Part shown: positions 55,020 through 55,462 of the stretch, piece by piece
Layout of the letters: each line of letters opens with the position of its first letter
Numbering within the stretch: position 1 is the stretch's first letter
Origin: a virus
Lineage: Duplodnaviria; Caudoviricetes
Direction: 5' to 3' (one strand)
IMG/VR virus record: IMGVR_UViG_3300028388_004387
Span: 1-55,462 of that record
Length of the DNA stretch: 55,462 nucleotides
Made by a program: the position numbers and the translations under genes
Notes under the pieces: generated by a model
Database searches by the model: none
The model's input: the letters and a program-made list of their open reading frames with translations, nothing else
Told to the model about the DNA's origin: nothing

Positions 55020-55307
55020 ATGTCAAACGTCAAAGTAGAAATCAAAAGAGAGCAAACTTACACAGGTAGCTACATAACCACAACAAGGTACCAAGTAGGT
55101 AACGCAGTCCTGTTCGTTAAAACTGCAAACGAGGAGTCAAGCAGCAAGCTTATAATCAAGCACTTGAATAACAGGTTCCAAGGACATAGCGGAAGAACTT
55201 CACAACAAGAAACCGCACGCGTAATGAGCTTGTTCTTAAGCGGCGACATCGCGGCAGCACATGAAGCAGTCAAATCCAGCTACGGAGCAGAAGCTTTGCC
55301 AAGATAG
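55020..55307 (+). CDS. Hypothetical early protein, paralog of 7048-7311
   Basis: Shared motifs with 7048-7311; first ORF after cassette copy 5. Confidence 0.8.
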   Translation: MSNVKVEIKREQTYTGSYITTTRYQVGNAVLFVKTANEESSSKLIIKHLNNRFQGHSGRTSQQETARVMSLFLSGDIAAAHEAVKSSYGAEALPR

Positions 55308-55326
55308 TTAAAAAAAATTGCGAAAA

Positions 55327-55361
55327 ACTTGCATAGTAAAGTAATTGGCTTTATATTTACA
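55327..55361 (+). promoter_or_regulatory. Repeated early promoter/operator cassette, copy 6 (variant spacer)
   Basis: ACTTGCATAGTAAAGTAATTGGCTTTATATTTACA; drives ORF 36-260 across the junction. Confidence 0.82.
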
Positions 55362-55363
55362 GC

Positions 55364-55462
55364 ACAATAACAAACAATAACAAACAAAAACAAACGTCAT
55401 GAATCAATTTAGAGAAACTTTTGAGGAGCTTACTTGGGAGCTAACAGGTACAGTAATAGTAG
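55364..55462. repeat. Terminal direct repeat, right copy
   Basis: Identical to bases 1-99. Confidence 0.95.

Noticed and set aside
55364-55462. 99-bp terminal repeat as a biological direct terminal repeat
   Set aside because: Length equals a common assembly k-mer and it cuts through a gene start; it indicates circular assembly, not physical genome ends.
1-55462. Stop-codon reassignment (alternative genetic code)
   Set aside because: Standard-code ORFs tile the genome densely, known proteins are full length, and TAA, TAG and TGA all end genes.

Overview
This window looks like a complete, circularly assembled tailed-phage genome of about 55,363 bp: bases 1-99 are repeated at 55364-55462. All credible genes are on the + strand. 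Bacteroidota-type promoters (TAnnTTTG), A-rich leaders without Shine-Dalgarno sequences, Q-rule signal peptides and SprB-like repeats point to a Bacteroidota host. It encodes a siphovirus-like morphogenesis set in scrambled order (TerS/TerL, ClpP-type protease, capsid, portal, tail tube, tape measure, a -1 frameshifted tail chaperone and a 2327-aa Cys-rich tail protein). It also encodes lambdoid recombination/replication genes (RecT, YqaJ exonuclease, NinB/NinG, an initiator with internal iterons, SSB) and a complete 7-deazaguanine DNA-modification pathway (QueE, PRTase-FolE fusion, QueF, DpdA, QueC, QueD; predicted dPreQ1). No integrase, tRNA or CRISPR array was seen. The best candidate for an undescribed system is an operon of virion-fibre-like proteins carrying Sec signal peptides (29423-36505). 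One of them has 27 Bacteroidota O-glycosylation sequons and a mirror-symmetric cysteine ladder, suggesting a disulfide-stapled, glycosylated stalk-and-knob appendage matured in the host periplasm. Other highlights are two type II hammerhead ribozymes fused to stop codons, six copies of an early promoter/operator cassette, a secreted nuclease, a matrixin-like metalloprotease in the lysis region and a QueC lacking its zinc ligands. All protein calls come from motif recognition by eye; no database searches were run.
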